A stretch of 64,000 nucleotides of DNA from a virus. A model generated the notes under the pieces. The model made no database searches, was not told the origin of the DNA, and worked only from the letters and a program-made list of their open reading frames with translations. Of the stretch, positions 38,033 through 46,644 are shown in pieces. The position numbers were made by a program, and so were the translations under genes. Numbering within the stretch: position 1 is the stretch's first letter; every line of letters starts with the position of its first letter. The stretch spans positions 7,238 through 71,237 of IMG/VR virus record IMGVR_UViG_3300028601_000032; one strand, given 5' to 3'.

Positions 38033-38230
38033 TCAGTAAGTTTCACGAGTTTCAGCCTCCTCAGCACGTTCAATTAATCCCTGAAAAAATAAAGGGACTT
38101 CTTCGGGATTTTCATATTTCTGTGCAAACCCACACTGAGAACATTTTCCATCAGTATGACAAATTGCAGTCCCTCTTATTTTTGGGTCACACGCAAGGAG
38201 AGGGGTGCTGTATTGGTTATCTGTAGCCAC
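38033..38230 (-). CDS. Hypothetical protein
   Basis: AGGTGG RBS; CSQC motif. Confidence 0.5.
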   Translation of the reverse strand: MATDNQYSTPLLACDPKIRGTAICHTDGKCSQCGFAQKYENPEEVPLFFQGLIERAEEAETRETY

Positions 38231-38234
38231 CTTG

Positions 38235-38594
38235 TCACCCCTCCAACGGAGCTAAAACAACCCACCCAAACCGATATTTAGCAAAAAGAGGGAACAACAG
38301 TTCATTATCTCCCTGAAGCGGAACATTTGAGAGATAACATTCTATCTTTCCAAGACTTTTAATATAGTTGAAAAGATCCGAATCATAAATGGCCTTTTTA
38401 TCTTCGGTCCTGACAGTTACCCGGTCTATTCCACATTCAATTTTATTCCGAGTAAGTTTTATTTTATCTTCAAAATATGCCTGCACGTAACAGGGGAATA
38501 AATCAGGGGACCGGGCTTTCATTATTACTTTATCAGGAGTTCCTAATAGCCCGTCTGTAATTTCTACGAGTGGCTGCATTAATAAGCCCCCCAC
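38235..38594 (-). CDS. Hypothetical protein
   Basis: ORF track; co-directional cluster. Confidence 0.55.
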   Translation of the reverse strand: MGGLLMQPLVEITDGLLGTPDKVIMKARSPDLFPCYVQAYFEDKIKLTRNKIECGIDRVTVRTEDKKAIYDSDLFNYIKSLGKIECYLSNVPLQGDNELLFPLFAKYRFGWVVLAPLEG

Positions 38595-38792
38595 ACAGAA
38601 AAATTAAAATGGGAAGGATGATTAATTCCTTCTTGAGTGAAATCCCCCGGTACTTTTATTCGCTTGGCCTCGGATTTTTGACTGTGGAATTCACTCATGA
38701 TCTCACCATCTTTCTTGGTTTCATTATAAGATGAAAGGTATAGAGGACGGCAAGCCATCCAAATAAAAAACCGAGGGCGATATGTTCTGGAT

Positions 38793-39854
38793 TCACGCCC
38801 CCACCTCGTAAACGGCTTCTATGACTTCACCGCCCATCTCGGCAGCATCATACATACCGCCAAACTCAGACGGGAACGCCTCCCGCTTCCCCTGAACAAT
38901 TGCTACTTTCCTTATCATAGTAGCCGGCTTTGAAATCCAGAGAGACTTACCCGTATTATATTCGTGAAGTGCTACTTCTGAAACAAACGGCTGTCTCCTG
39001 TCTTTCCGGTAGATCTTGGCCCATCCTCCGACAAGTACTTCATTTTTCAAAATGAAAGTGCCTTCCCGCCTTTCGAGTGTCTTGTCTGCGTTCTGAATGA
39101 TTATCCCGGCCTCGTATCCATCAAACTGAGGGTGAGCTTCAGCACGCCTCATAAACGCTTCTTTCCCTACGGTCATTGTGGCTTTATCCCCGTATTTTAT
39201 GAGATATGCCTCATTCAGGAACGGGTTAAGCTGGCGTGCCTGGCACAGCTTCAAGAACAAAAAAGCTTCCTGATCTGTTGCAGCAGGACATATATACTGT
39301 TTGATGTCGTCTATGCTGAGTTCCTTGATCTGGATATCTCGCATACTAATGGGGATTACGGCGGGCATCCTCTGGACTGGCTTCTCATGTCTTACGGTCT
39401 TCTGTACTCTTGTTACAGGCTTTGTTTCAGGTTCTGCCTCTCCGTCCATTATCGCGTCAAGCTTTGCAAGCTTATCGGCTTCTTCTAAGGCTTTCTGAGC
39501 GTCTTCAGCTTCAGGACTTATAAGTGCTTCAGGCACTTCCGGAGGGAGTTCTACGGGGTTCTCGTGGTATTCTTCGACCTCATCAAGAGCAGCTTTCAGA
39601 GCTTCGGTATAGTCCTCTACAAGAGCCTCAATCATACCCTTTAGATTGGCGGGCATTTCCGGGCTTTTCACCCAATCGAGAGTTTTCCCTGCGTGCTTTG
39701 CTTCCCATAGTTCAGGAGGAAACGACACATCAATAAGAAGCTCATCGTCGGAAACCATTCTCCAAAGGGCTGTTTTTTCTGTTAGTTTCACAATTGAAAA
39801 TCCGCGAAGACCTAACAAGATATTCATCCGGGTATTGATTTCTTCCGGGGTCAT
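38793..39854 (-). CDS. bet: Bet/RecT-family single-strand annealing protein with acidic N-terminal extension
   Basis: LCQARQLNPF..EAYLIKY, GGWAKIYRKD, W..KPATMIRKVA...REAFP; start set to the ATG after GGGAGG. Confidence 0.88.
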   Translation of the reverse strand: MTPEEINTRMNILLGLRGFSIVKLTEKTALWRMVSDDELLIDVSFPPELWEAKHAGKTLDWVKSPEMPANLKGMIEALVEDYTEALKAALDEVEEYHENPVELPPEVPEALISPEAEDAQKALEEADKLAKLDAIMDGEAEPETKPVTRVQKTVRHEKPVQRMPAVIPISMRDIQIKELSIDDIKQYICPAATDQEAFLFLKLCQARQLNPFLNEAYLIKYGDKATMTVGKEAFMRRAEAHPQFDGYEAGIIIQNADKTLERREGTFILKNEVLVGGWAKIYRKDRRQPFVSEVALHEYNTGKSLWISKPATMIRKVAIVQGKREAFPSEFGGMYDAAEMGGEVIEAVYEVGA

Positions 39855-40577
39855 ATTTAGTCCTCCCTGCACTCTGGACAGTTAATTTCCCCGCTCTCAA
39901 TCTCGACGTCGAAAGGTTTCCCGCAAAAACCACAAAACCTCTTTTCGATCTTGTCCGCTGCCATAAGAGCATCTACCGCAGCGGCTTGATTGAATCCTGA
40001 CATTAATCTTCCTCCTGTGGAGTTAGTAGGTCAGGCGATACTTCAAGGGTTATCCCTTGGACTGGCTTTTCAGCAAGAATCTTAAGCGATTCCGCGATAC
40101 TCTTAAGATATTCCGCGTTCTGCTTCAAAACAGTCAAAAATTTATACTCTAAACAATCTTCACAGTCTGACATTCTTTTTGGCTCCGTTGAACTTTAAAA
40201 TTCTTCTCTTGGAAATGCCCCGTTTTCGAGGGGGAGGAAATTAAATACTAATTGTTTTTCGATTGGATCCCCCGACAGTGCTTTTAGGATAGGTTTTTTC
40301 ATATCGTGGCTCCGAACTGTTTAAAAAGAATAATAAGCCCATGCCGGGATTTTAACCCGTTGTTTATTTATTACTACATGGACATTTAGGCCCCTGCCGG
40401 CTTAAAAGCAGGGGTGTTCCTCAAAGATAGATTTGATTTCGTGTTTCCCGGTCTGTTCTTCTTATCGTGGCTCCTTTTTTTATATCACCTTCAGCCGTTC
40501 ACGGGACTTGAACCCGCTAAAACGACATTATGACCCGTCTGAGGAGGAGGCAGACGGGATTATTATCTTAAAGTCTC

Positions 40578-40868
40578 TTAAAATGATGTCTTTTTACTCT
40601 TTTCTTTGTCTGTTTTATCATCATCAGTCACCTTTTTTATTTCTGCTATTCTCCTGCTTATTGTTGCCTGATCTACATTTATATCATGTTTTCTATAATA
40701 ATCCGCCATCTGTTCTTGTGTTTTACCTTCTTTTAGAAGTGTTTTCAGCCCTTTTATTTTTACATCTTTTAAAGGGATTTGCTTTTTGGGCCTTGACATA
40801 CTATACAATTGGTATGCATAATATAAATAGTTATGCATAGAAAATATGATTAAAAATATATTATTCAT
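40578..40868 (-). CDS. HTH DNA-binding protein
   Basis: GKTQEQMADYY..NVDQATISRRI. Confidence 0.7.
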   Translation of the reverse strand: MNNIFLIIFSMHNYLYYAYQLYSMSRPKKQIPLKDVKIKGLKTLLKEGKTQEQMADYYRKHDINVDQATISRRIAEIKKVTDDDKTDKEKSKKTSF

Positions 40869-40979
40869 TGGTTTTTTTCAATCCATTTTCTCAAATCACA
40901 AATAGAATAAAACGCAACGTTCTATAATTAATATATCAGTAAAAGAATTAAAAAAAAAGAATTAAAAGAGTAAAGGAAT

Positions 40980-41447
40980 TTATATTTTGACGGAATGCAC
41001 AACATAAGCCGCCAGGGATTCACTCATTCTATGCAGCCGCGAAACATATTTCACAATGTCGTCCGGTTTTGTTCCGTCTTCTTTCATTTCTTTGATTTTG
41101 TCCGTGATATAAGAGGGAACAACATAATAAGGATGCAGGTCTTTTCGATGCCCTCCTACATCTCCCTCTAACAGTTGTATTTTCTGCATTCTGAGAAATA
41201 TTTGAATAGATTTTGAAATGCTGACGAAATACGACGGCGGTACTTGTATTGCCTCTATTTTCGGGCAGGATTCACAGATACTATATATATCTTCAGCAGA
41301 CGGTCTAAATCCGATATGGACTATTTTTTCATTTGGCAATAATAGAGGGATCTCGTCCCGTCCTGAGATTACTTTTATTTGCATTTGGGATGGCTCCTTA
41401 ATGTTTTTATCACTGTTAATTATTTTTAGTTGTATATAAATTTTCAC
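40980..41447 (-). CDS. DUF1699 family protein
   Basis: IKVISGRDEI..NEKIVHIGFRPS..CPKIEAIQVPPSY..GDVGGHRKDL. Confidence 0.85.
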   Translation of the reverse strand: MKIYIQLKIINSDKNIKEPSQMQIKVISGRDEIPLLLPNEKIVHIGFRPSAEDIYSICESCPKIEAIQVPPSYFVSISKSIQIFLRMQKIQLLEGDVGGHRKDLHPYYVVPSYITDKIKEMKEDGTKPDDIVKYVSRLHRMSESLAAYVVHSVKI

Positions 41448-41497
41448 ATATGAAAGTAATTTATCCAGGTGAACTGCGCAGCAGTTTTTGTTACATG

Positions 41498-41540
41498 ACA
41501 GTAAACTATAAATAATATAATGTATTATTACTATATACAG
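41498..41540 (+). promoter_or_regulatory. 43-bp promoter block, copy 1
   Basis: acagtaaactataaataatataatgtattattactatatacag; 40/43 identical to 42141-42183. Confidence 0.75.
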
Positions 41541-41567
41541 AGTAACGGTTTAAACAGGTGAACAAAC

Positions 41568-41804
41568 ATGGAATTTACAAATGAATCACAAGAAACCCTG
41601 ATTGATACGCTGAACACACTAAAGAAGAAGCTTGACAAACTAATTGAAGAAATAAAAGAAATCCCTGTAAATGCTAGATCACTAGATTACTCACCGGCAG
41701 TGTTGGAAATAATCCACATAGAAAGCGAACTGCATTTCGTAAAATATGCCATAAAGGAATTCCAATCGGTTGCTGAACTGACGGAATACTCAGAGGACCC
41801 ATAA
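41568..41804 (+). CDS. Hypothetical coiled-coil protein
   Basis: AGGTGA RBS after promoter copy 1. Confidence 0.65.
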   Translation: MEFTNESQETLIDTLNTLKKKLDKLIEEIKEIPVNARSLDYSPAVLEIIHIESELHFVKYAIKEFQSVAELTEYSEDP

Positions 41805-41826
41805 CCAATTTTTAGAGGTTCCATCA

Positions 41827-42123
41827 ATGGCAAGACCTTCAGACAGTAAAAAATGGACTCACTCTTCGGATATGACTCTCGAAATAAAACCAGAAGAAGA
41901 GTACGGATATTCAAAAACAGATCAAAACGGATACCCGAAATTAACGAAATCTAAATGGAAAACATGCACAGTAATTTTAGGTGTATCCCTTATATCAGAG
42001 TCCAAAATAAAAATATCTTCTAAAGATCACGTTTGGACGTGTAAAATAAATTACAGAGGGAATCCTTCTTCAATTGGGATCGATTTTAAAAATAAGGATA
42101 TAACTTATATTTTGCATAATTAA
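41827..42123 (+). CDS. Hypothetical protein
   Basis: GAGGT RBS. Confidence 0.55.
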   Translation: MARPSDSKKWTHSSDMTLEIKPEEEYGYSKTDQNGYPKLTKSKWKTCTVILGVSLISESKIKISSKDHVWTCKINYRGNPSSIGIDFKNKDITYILHN

Positions 42124-42140
42124 TTTTTTTCAAACCGACT

Positions 42141-42183
42141 ACAGTAAACTATAAATAGTATAATGTACTATTGCTATATACAG
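42141..42183 (+). promoter_or_regulatory. 43-bp promoter block, copy 2
   Basis: acagtaaactataaatagtataatgtactattgctatatacag. Confidence 0.75.
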
Positions 42184-42236
42184 GGCTAAAATAGTGTCCT
42201 GCGTTAAGATAACGAAAGTTCAAAGGAGCCACAAAC

Positions 42237-42521
42237 ATGACAGAAATACAAATCCAAGTTGTAGCACCAAGCGAACCAATCGCGAAAGCGTGGGTTCAGA
42301 AGAGAAACGCGGATGTAAAAAACTGCACCTTCTACGGGAAAGTAAGAAGATGGCATGATAATATCTTTGATAAGGACGCAAGAACAGACTTAGGCTGTCT
42401 TCAGGATGTCTATAAAATGACAGTTGACGGCGGGGACGATGAGGAGCCTTTCGAGGAAAATGCCATGTATATCCCTACAAAATCCGAAATTATTATTCTT
42501 GGGGGGGAATGGATCGCATGA
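42237..42521 (+). CDS. Hypothetical protein
   Basis: GGAGCCAC leader motif before ATG. Confidence 0.6.
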   Translation: MTEIQIQVVAPSEPIAKAWVQKRNADVKNCTFYGKVRRWHDNIFDKDARTDLGCLQDVYKMTVDGGDDEEPFEENAMYIPTKSEIIILGGEWIA

Positions 42522-42822
42522 TCCTCCCTAATTATATTTTTGAGGCTTAAAATGTCCTCCGAAACTGATAACCTCTCATATACTGGTTTATGCCTGTGGG
42601 ACAGTTGCCTAGACTGCCCACATATGTACGATTGCGAGGATTCTACATTCTTGGAAACAGACGACTGAGGGGCGGTATGGGGTCATGTGGGGCATGTATC
42701 AACTGGCGGCAGCCTGGACTCATGCAAGGAAAAAACGGGGTATGTGTGAATCAAGAATCATTTTATTTCATGAGGAAAATAATAAAAAGTGGATATTGTA
42801 GAAACGGGGATGATATTAACAC

Positions 42823-43041
42823 ATGTCAAACATTATCGAAAAGATTAAACATTTTCATTTAAAAATGTATATATATTCCACAATCAAGTCGTTTGACAGT
42901 GGAATCTCCATATACGAACTAGCACTTCATTGTCCTAACAAATCTAAATCAGAAGACGTTGCGCACTGTTTAGAGGAACTTATTAAAGAGAACAGGATAA
43001 AGTACGAAGGATGTTTATTAAAATGTATTTTGGAGGTATAA
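42823..43041 (+). CDS. Small winged-helix-like protein
   Basis: ISIYELA..VAHCLEELIKENRIKY. Confidence 0.4.
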   Translation: MSNIIEKIKHFHLKMYIYSTIKSFDSGISIYELALHCPNKSKSEDVAHCLEELIKENRIKYEGCLLKCILEV

Positions 43042-43045
43042 TAAA

Positions 43046-43417
43046 ATGTTAGTTGATCCAATTGACCCCTACGGCAAAATAAAAGTGTATGTGGACGGGA
43101 TTGAAATAGCAGGTGTTCAGGACGATGGAATCCCGGTTCCCCACCTGCGCTCAGAAACAGCAACACTGAGCTATAACACAGTTTTAGAAGACGAGGGACA
43201 ACGAATTATAGACACCGCCGCACATTCAGATAATGAAATCCATGAATATACTGTGAAAATCGCAGATATTTACACATGGATTTATGAAGGAAAAATTATA
43301 AACTATAAGCTATTGGACGGCACGATATTAGGCGCAGACGTGAAAATTAAATTATGTGGTAAGTTAAAATATATTCGTGGGGCTGAAGAGGTTAATAGGT
43401 GGATGAGTGAATGGTAA
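43046..43417 (+). CDS. Hypothetical protein
   Basis: GGAGGT RBS. Confidence 0.6.
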   Translation: MLVDPIDPYGKIKVYVDGIEIAGVQDDGIPVPHLRSETATLSYNTVLEDEGQRIIDTAAHSDNEIHEYTVKIADIYTWIYEGKIINYKLLDGTILGADVKIKLCGKLKYIRGAEEVNRWMSEW

Positions 43418-43587
43418 TTGTTTTAGAGGTGTGAACTTTGAGAATCAAAATAAATAGGCTTAGAAAATATTCTGGAAAAATGCTTAATATTGTTGCTGAT
43501 ACTCTTGAAAGTATCCGTCCAAAAAAGAACTAAGTTTCATATACTTATTTCATCAGAAAAAACTATTTCACTTTATCAAAATGAACT

Positions 43588-43620
43588 CGCCCGACTATTC
43601 TGGGGGGTATAGTCAGGCGA
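43588..43620. terminator. Hairpin at a convergent gene junction
   Basis: cgcccgactat...atagtcaggcg stem. Confidence 0.4.
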
Positions 43621-43629
43621 TCTCCTATC

Positions 43630-43962
43630 TTATTTCTTTTCTTCAGTCGTCACCGCTTCAAATAACATTTTTCCAACTGTGGCGACATCCTCAACAGTTA
43701 TCGAATCCTTCTTCTCTTTCATTTCAACTACAGTTGACACAATAGTAAGAAATTCCTTTTTTGAGATGTTGTTTGAGAGTATCCCGGCAACTTCTTTGAG
43801 TTCTCGGTACTCTTCTACCTTGTCAAATGTTGCCAGCTTAATTCCCTTTTTCTTAATATAAGCCTGTAGCCCGCAAGCAAACGAAATAAAACCGATAGCA
43901 AACGACACAAACAGCTCAAAAAGTTCTTCTAAATTCTGATAGTCAATTACCAACTGTTCCAT
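43630..43962 (-). CDS. Single-TM membrane protein (holin-like candidate)
   Basis: One TM helix; follows the putative lysis enzyme genes. Confidence 0.45.
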   Translation of the reverse strand: MEQLVIDYQNLEELFELFVSFAIGFISFACGLQAYIKKKGIKLATFDKVEEYRELKEVAGILSNNISKKEFLTIVSTVVEMKEKKDSITVEDVATVGKMLFEAVTTEEKK

Positions 43963-44055
43963 TAGATCACCTCATTTCAATGAAAATCCCAGGTATGCGA
44001 CCTTTTCAGGGTCTACATTCTCTTTTTTCCGCGTTCCTTCAAAAAACACTTCTTA

Positions 44056-44229
44056 TCACTCCTTTTTCAATAGAGTTCCCGGAAGAGGGATTCCAACCCC
44101 TACCCCCAATAAAAACAGAATAGCTTTCAGTAAAAAACCGTCCTGATGTGTCAGGATCAGGCAAACGCCCAATAAGATAGCCCCGATGATTGAAATGAGG
44201 AAGATTGGATTACATTTTTCAAATTCCAT
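44056..44229 (-). CDS. Small two-TM holin-like protein (57 aa, not in ORF track)
   Basis: MEFEKCNPIFLISIIGAILLGVCLILTHQDGFLLKAILFLLGVGVGIPLPGTLLKKE. Confidence 0.6.
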   Translation of the reverse strand: MEFEKCNPIFLISIIGAILLGVCLILTHQDGFLLKAILFLLGVGVGIPLPGTLLKKE

Positions 44230-44379
44230 TCACATACCGTCCGTTTTTTCTCTGCGTAGGAAGTACTGACATAATAATAAAAAATATGAAAATTGTATTC
44301 AAAAAGGAAAATTGTTCTCTACTAATCGTCGAGTATCTCTTTTTAGGTCACTTCGTACGACCGCTGCGAAGCCGTTCTC

Positions 44380-45057
44380 TCAGACCTTTGAGTATATTTC
44401 TATCTCCAGGCTCCCAATGTGCGCTCTGAGATCCTCTGCTAAGATCTTCGCTTCGTCAAGGCTCTTGCACTGAATCATTAGCGATGCTTCTGCCTGGTCT
44501 TCAGCGATCGTGGTTTTCAGCATAGGTTTTTTGTCCTCCCCGCCAGCCTTCGCGCTGTAAAATGCAATATAATTACTGTCTTCCGTCCGAGCCTTCAGGA
44601 GAAGCCCGGTATTCTCGTATTTCCCTTCTGCGTATCCTTTGATAAGCTCGGTAATGTCAAGCTCATAATAGCGGTTGTCGGGGAGGTCCATACCTCTAAT
44701 TTCAAAAGATGCAAATGGGGTGTTGCCCTGCGGGATACCTATTTTGTCAATCCAATCACCGCCAGGGTTTGCCCAGGAAGTATTTTTCTCTCGATTGTTC
44801 CAGCTTACAAAATCAGAGTTCCAGGATGAAGCAGGGCGGTACACTTCGACGATTGTATTTTCGAGTCTTGAAACCCCGGCAGGATAATACCAGTATAAAG
44901 AGAGGGTTGCCTTTTCGATTTTCGCGCCTTCGTACTCCCCAAGGTCGAAAAAGAGAAGATCGCGGTATCTGGCCCCGCCCAGCCCTCCGATATCGAGAAA
45001 GGCGGGAGCTTTTAAAACTGCACTCGGAGATTGTTCACGGAGTCTATTTTCATTCAT
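44380..45057 (-). CDS. DNRLRE/disaggregatase-related repeat protein
   Basis: ENRLREQSP..RYRDLLFFDL..ATLSLYWYYP..ENTGLLLKARTE..NYIAFYS. Confidence 0.85.
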   Translation of the reverse strand: MNENRLREQSPSAVLKAPAFLDIGGLGGARYRDLLFFDLGEYEGAKIEKATLSLYWYYPAGVSRLENTIVEVYRPASSWNSDFVSWNNREKNTSWANPGGDWIDKIGIPQGNTPFASFEIRGMDLPDNRYYELDITELIKGYAEGKYENTGLLLKARTEDSNYIAFYSAKAGGEDKKPMLKTTIAEDQAEASLMIQCKSLDEAKILAEDLRAHIGSLEIEIYSKV

Positions 45058-46279
45058 TGTTAAGCCTCTTATAGATATTGTATTTCACTTTCAGACCGTC
45101 AATTTCAGATTCAGGACACTCAAATTTCACATATGCCGGGCCGTCAGGTTCTTCCGGTGTTTTTACCTGCTCGGTGACATTATACAAATCTCGTACGTTT
45201 CCAGAATATGAATTCCCCCACGCCTCAACTGTATATTTTTTCGGAATCAAATTACAAAGAGCAGTCCCGGAAGCCTCACCCGCCGTTATGCTCTTACCAG
45301 TATTTTTAAAAACGTTATCTCTTACCACTGCCTTGTACCCAGAACTCGCTGAAGTCACCGCAACATAAGACCCAAACAGCACCCCGTAACCATTGCAACT
45401 GTCAAACAGATTATTATAAATCTCAATATCGTTAATTCCATCACAGACTATACCGCCCACCCCTGCTATGTGTTTCATCTGACCACATTTATAAAAAGTA
45501 TTATTTCTTATGATAACGCCTTTTGCTGCATCCCTTGACGTGTTCAGCCTGCCCATCGCCCAGATCCCCGGTCCGTACACCCCTTCTAAATAATTTTCCT
45601 CAATGAGTACATCAGACAGCGTTCCCTGCTTTGTTGAAACTTCGATCTGAATTCCCGGGCACGATGCAGCCCCGGCGACTTTGTTGTATATTTTATTATC
45701 GTGAACGTGTGCCCGTGTTATGTGTCTGACTCTTACGAGGTTGTTTGTACGGATTTCTCCATAGTTCCCCCAGGCATGAGCGTCTGAGCCGCCGTCAAAA
45801 TATACCCCTTCGTGACCGGGGCGCACGATTCTATTGTTGTAAAAGTCTGAATTCTTGCAGTATGTGAGTCGTGCTCCATCTCCTGCGGTATCATGGATAT
45901 AACAGTCATGAACTTTTATGCCAGTGCCCTTGTAGATGTATATAAAATTGTGAAATCCTTTTCCCAGAGAGACATTTTGATTATTGTAATTTCCATCGAA
46001 AGTGAGTCCTGAAAATTCTAAATTTATAGCTCCGGGCGATGTTTTTGAAGTTAAAATGGGTGTCATTGTCGGAAAGACCGATTCAGAAACTTTATCTTTG
46101 AGATGGAGATTTACGCCGTTCCCCGTGAGTTTTGTATTATTATAAAATTTAACTGTTGAATTAATTTCGATGTCGTTTTCTGAAAAAACATATTCTGTAG
46201 GGGTGTTGCCGGTGTCGTTTATGAGGGTTTGGAGTTTTTGAGAGGAATCAACTGAGGAACCTACAGTAACCGATTTCAT
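45050..46279 (-). CDS. Disaggregatase-like right-handed beta-helix protein, no signal peptide
   Basis: FDGNYNNQ..GKGFHNFI..GDGAR..HEGVY repeats; overlaps the DNRLRE gene. Confidence 0.75.
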   Translation of the reverse strand: MKSVTVGSSVDSSQKLQTLINDTGNTPTEYVFSENDIEINSTVKFYNNTKLTGNGVNLHLKDKVSESVFPTMTPILTSKTSPGAINLEFSGLTFDGNYNNQNVSLGKGFHNFIYIYKGTGIKVHDCYIHDTAGDGARLTYCKNSDFYNNRIVRPGHEGVYFDGGSDAHAWGNYGEIRTNNLVRVRHITRAHVHDNKIYNKVAGAASCPGIQIEVSTKQGTLSDVLIEENYLEGVYGPGIWAMGRLNTSRDAAKGVIIRNNTFYKCGQMKHIAGVGGIVCDGINDIEIYNNLFDSCNGYGVLFGSYVAVTSASSGYKAVVRDNVFKNTGKSITAGEASGTALCNLIPKKYTVEAWGNSYSGNVRDLYNVTEQVKTPEEPDGPAYVKFECPESEIDGLKVKYNIYKRLNNE

Positions 46280-46643
46280 GTGTTAAAATTCGCGGATTAC
46301 GTTTTAATGGAAAATTAAAATACTCACAACTCTTTAATATTGGTTATGCAGGACATGAACACAGAACGAATTTCAACTCCTGAGGATTGGCTTGGGGTTG
46401 GTGGCTTTGTCGAACTCGATGGTAAATGTTTTATGGCGACTGATCGAGGATGGTACATCAAAACAGAAGCGGGATATAGAAAAGCAACCGAGGAAGAAAT
46501 TAAACCATATGAAAAAAAGTTAAACGTTTTGGATTTATGGGAGGACGATGAAATCAACTCTCAACCCTAATATCTACCTGCTGAAAATTCGCTCCGTCTT
46601 TCCCGTCGAGTCTGCAATATGAACCTACAGTAACCGATTTCAT
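46257..46643. repeat. 23-bp exact direct repeat bracketing an inserted cassette
   Basis: gaacctacagtaaccgatttcat at 46257-46279 and 46621-46643. Confidence 0.95.
46340..46570 (+). CDS. Hypothetical protein in the inserted cassette, opposite strand
   Basis: Only plus-strand gene within the late operon; GRKATEEE-like motif YRKATEEE. Confidence 0.55.
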   Translation: MVMQDMNTERISTPEDWLGVGGFVELDGKCFMATDRGWYIKTEAGYRKATEEEIKPYEKKLNVLDLWEDDEINSQP

Positions 46644-46644
46644 T

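Noticed and set aside
38235-38594. PCNA-like fragment (C-terminal LAP)
   Set aside because: Too short and the similarity is limited to a few residues.
40391-40414. cccctgc...gcagggg hairpin as an IS605 end
   Set aside because: No terminal tetranucleotide or partner end recognised; may simply be a terminator or leader hairpin.
43965-43985. Sequence resembling the tnpB right-end hairpin (cctcatttcaatga)
   Set aside because: Overlaps the GAGGTGA RBS of the 43962 gene and lacks the second stem arm and TCAC end.
44075-44105. tRNA T-arm-like sequence
   Set aside because: It lies within the 57-aa two-TM ORF (encodes GVGIPLPG).
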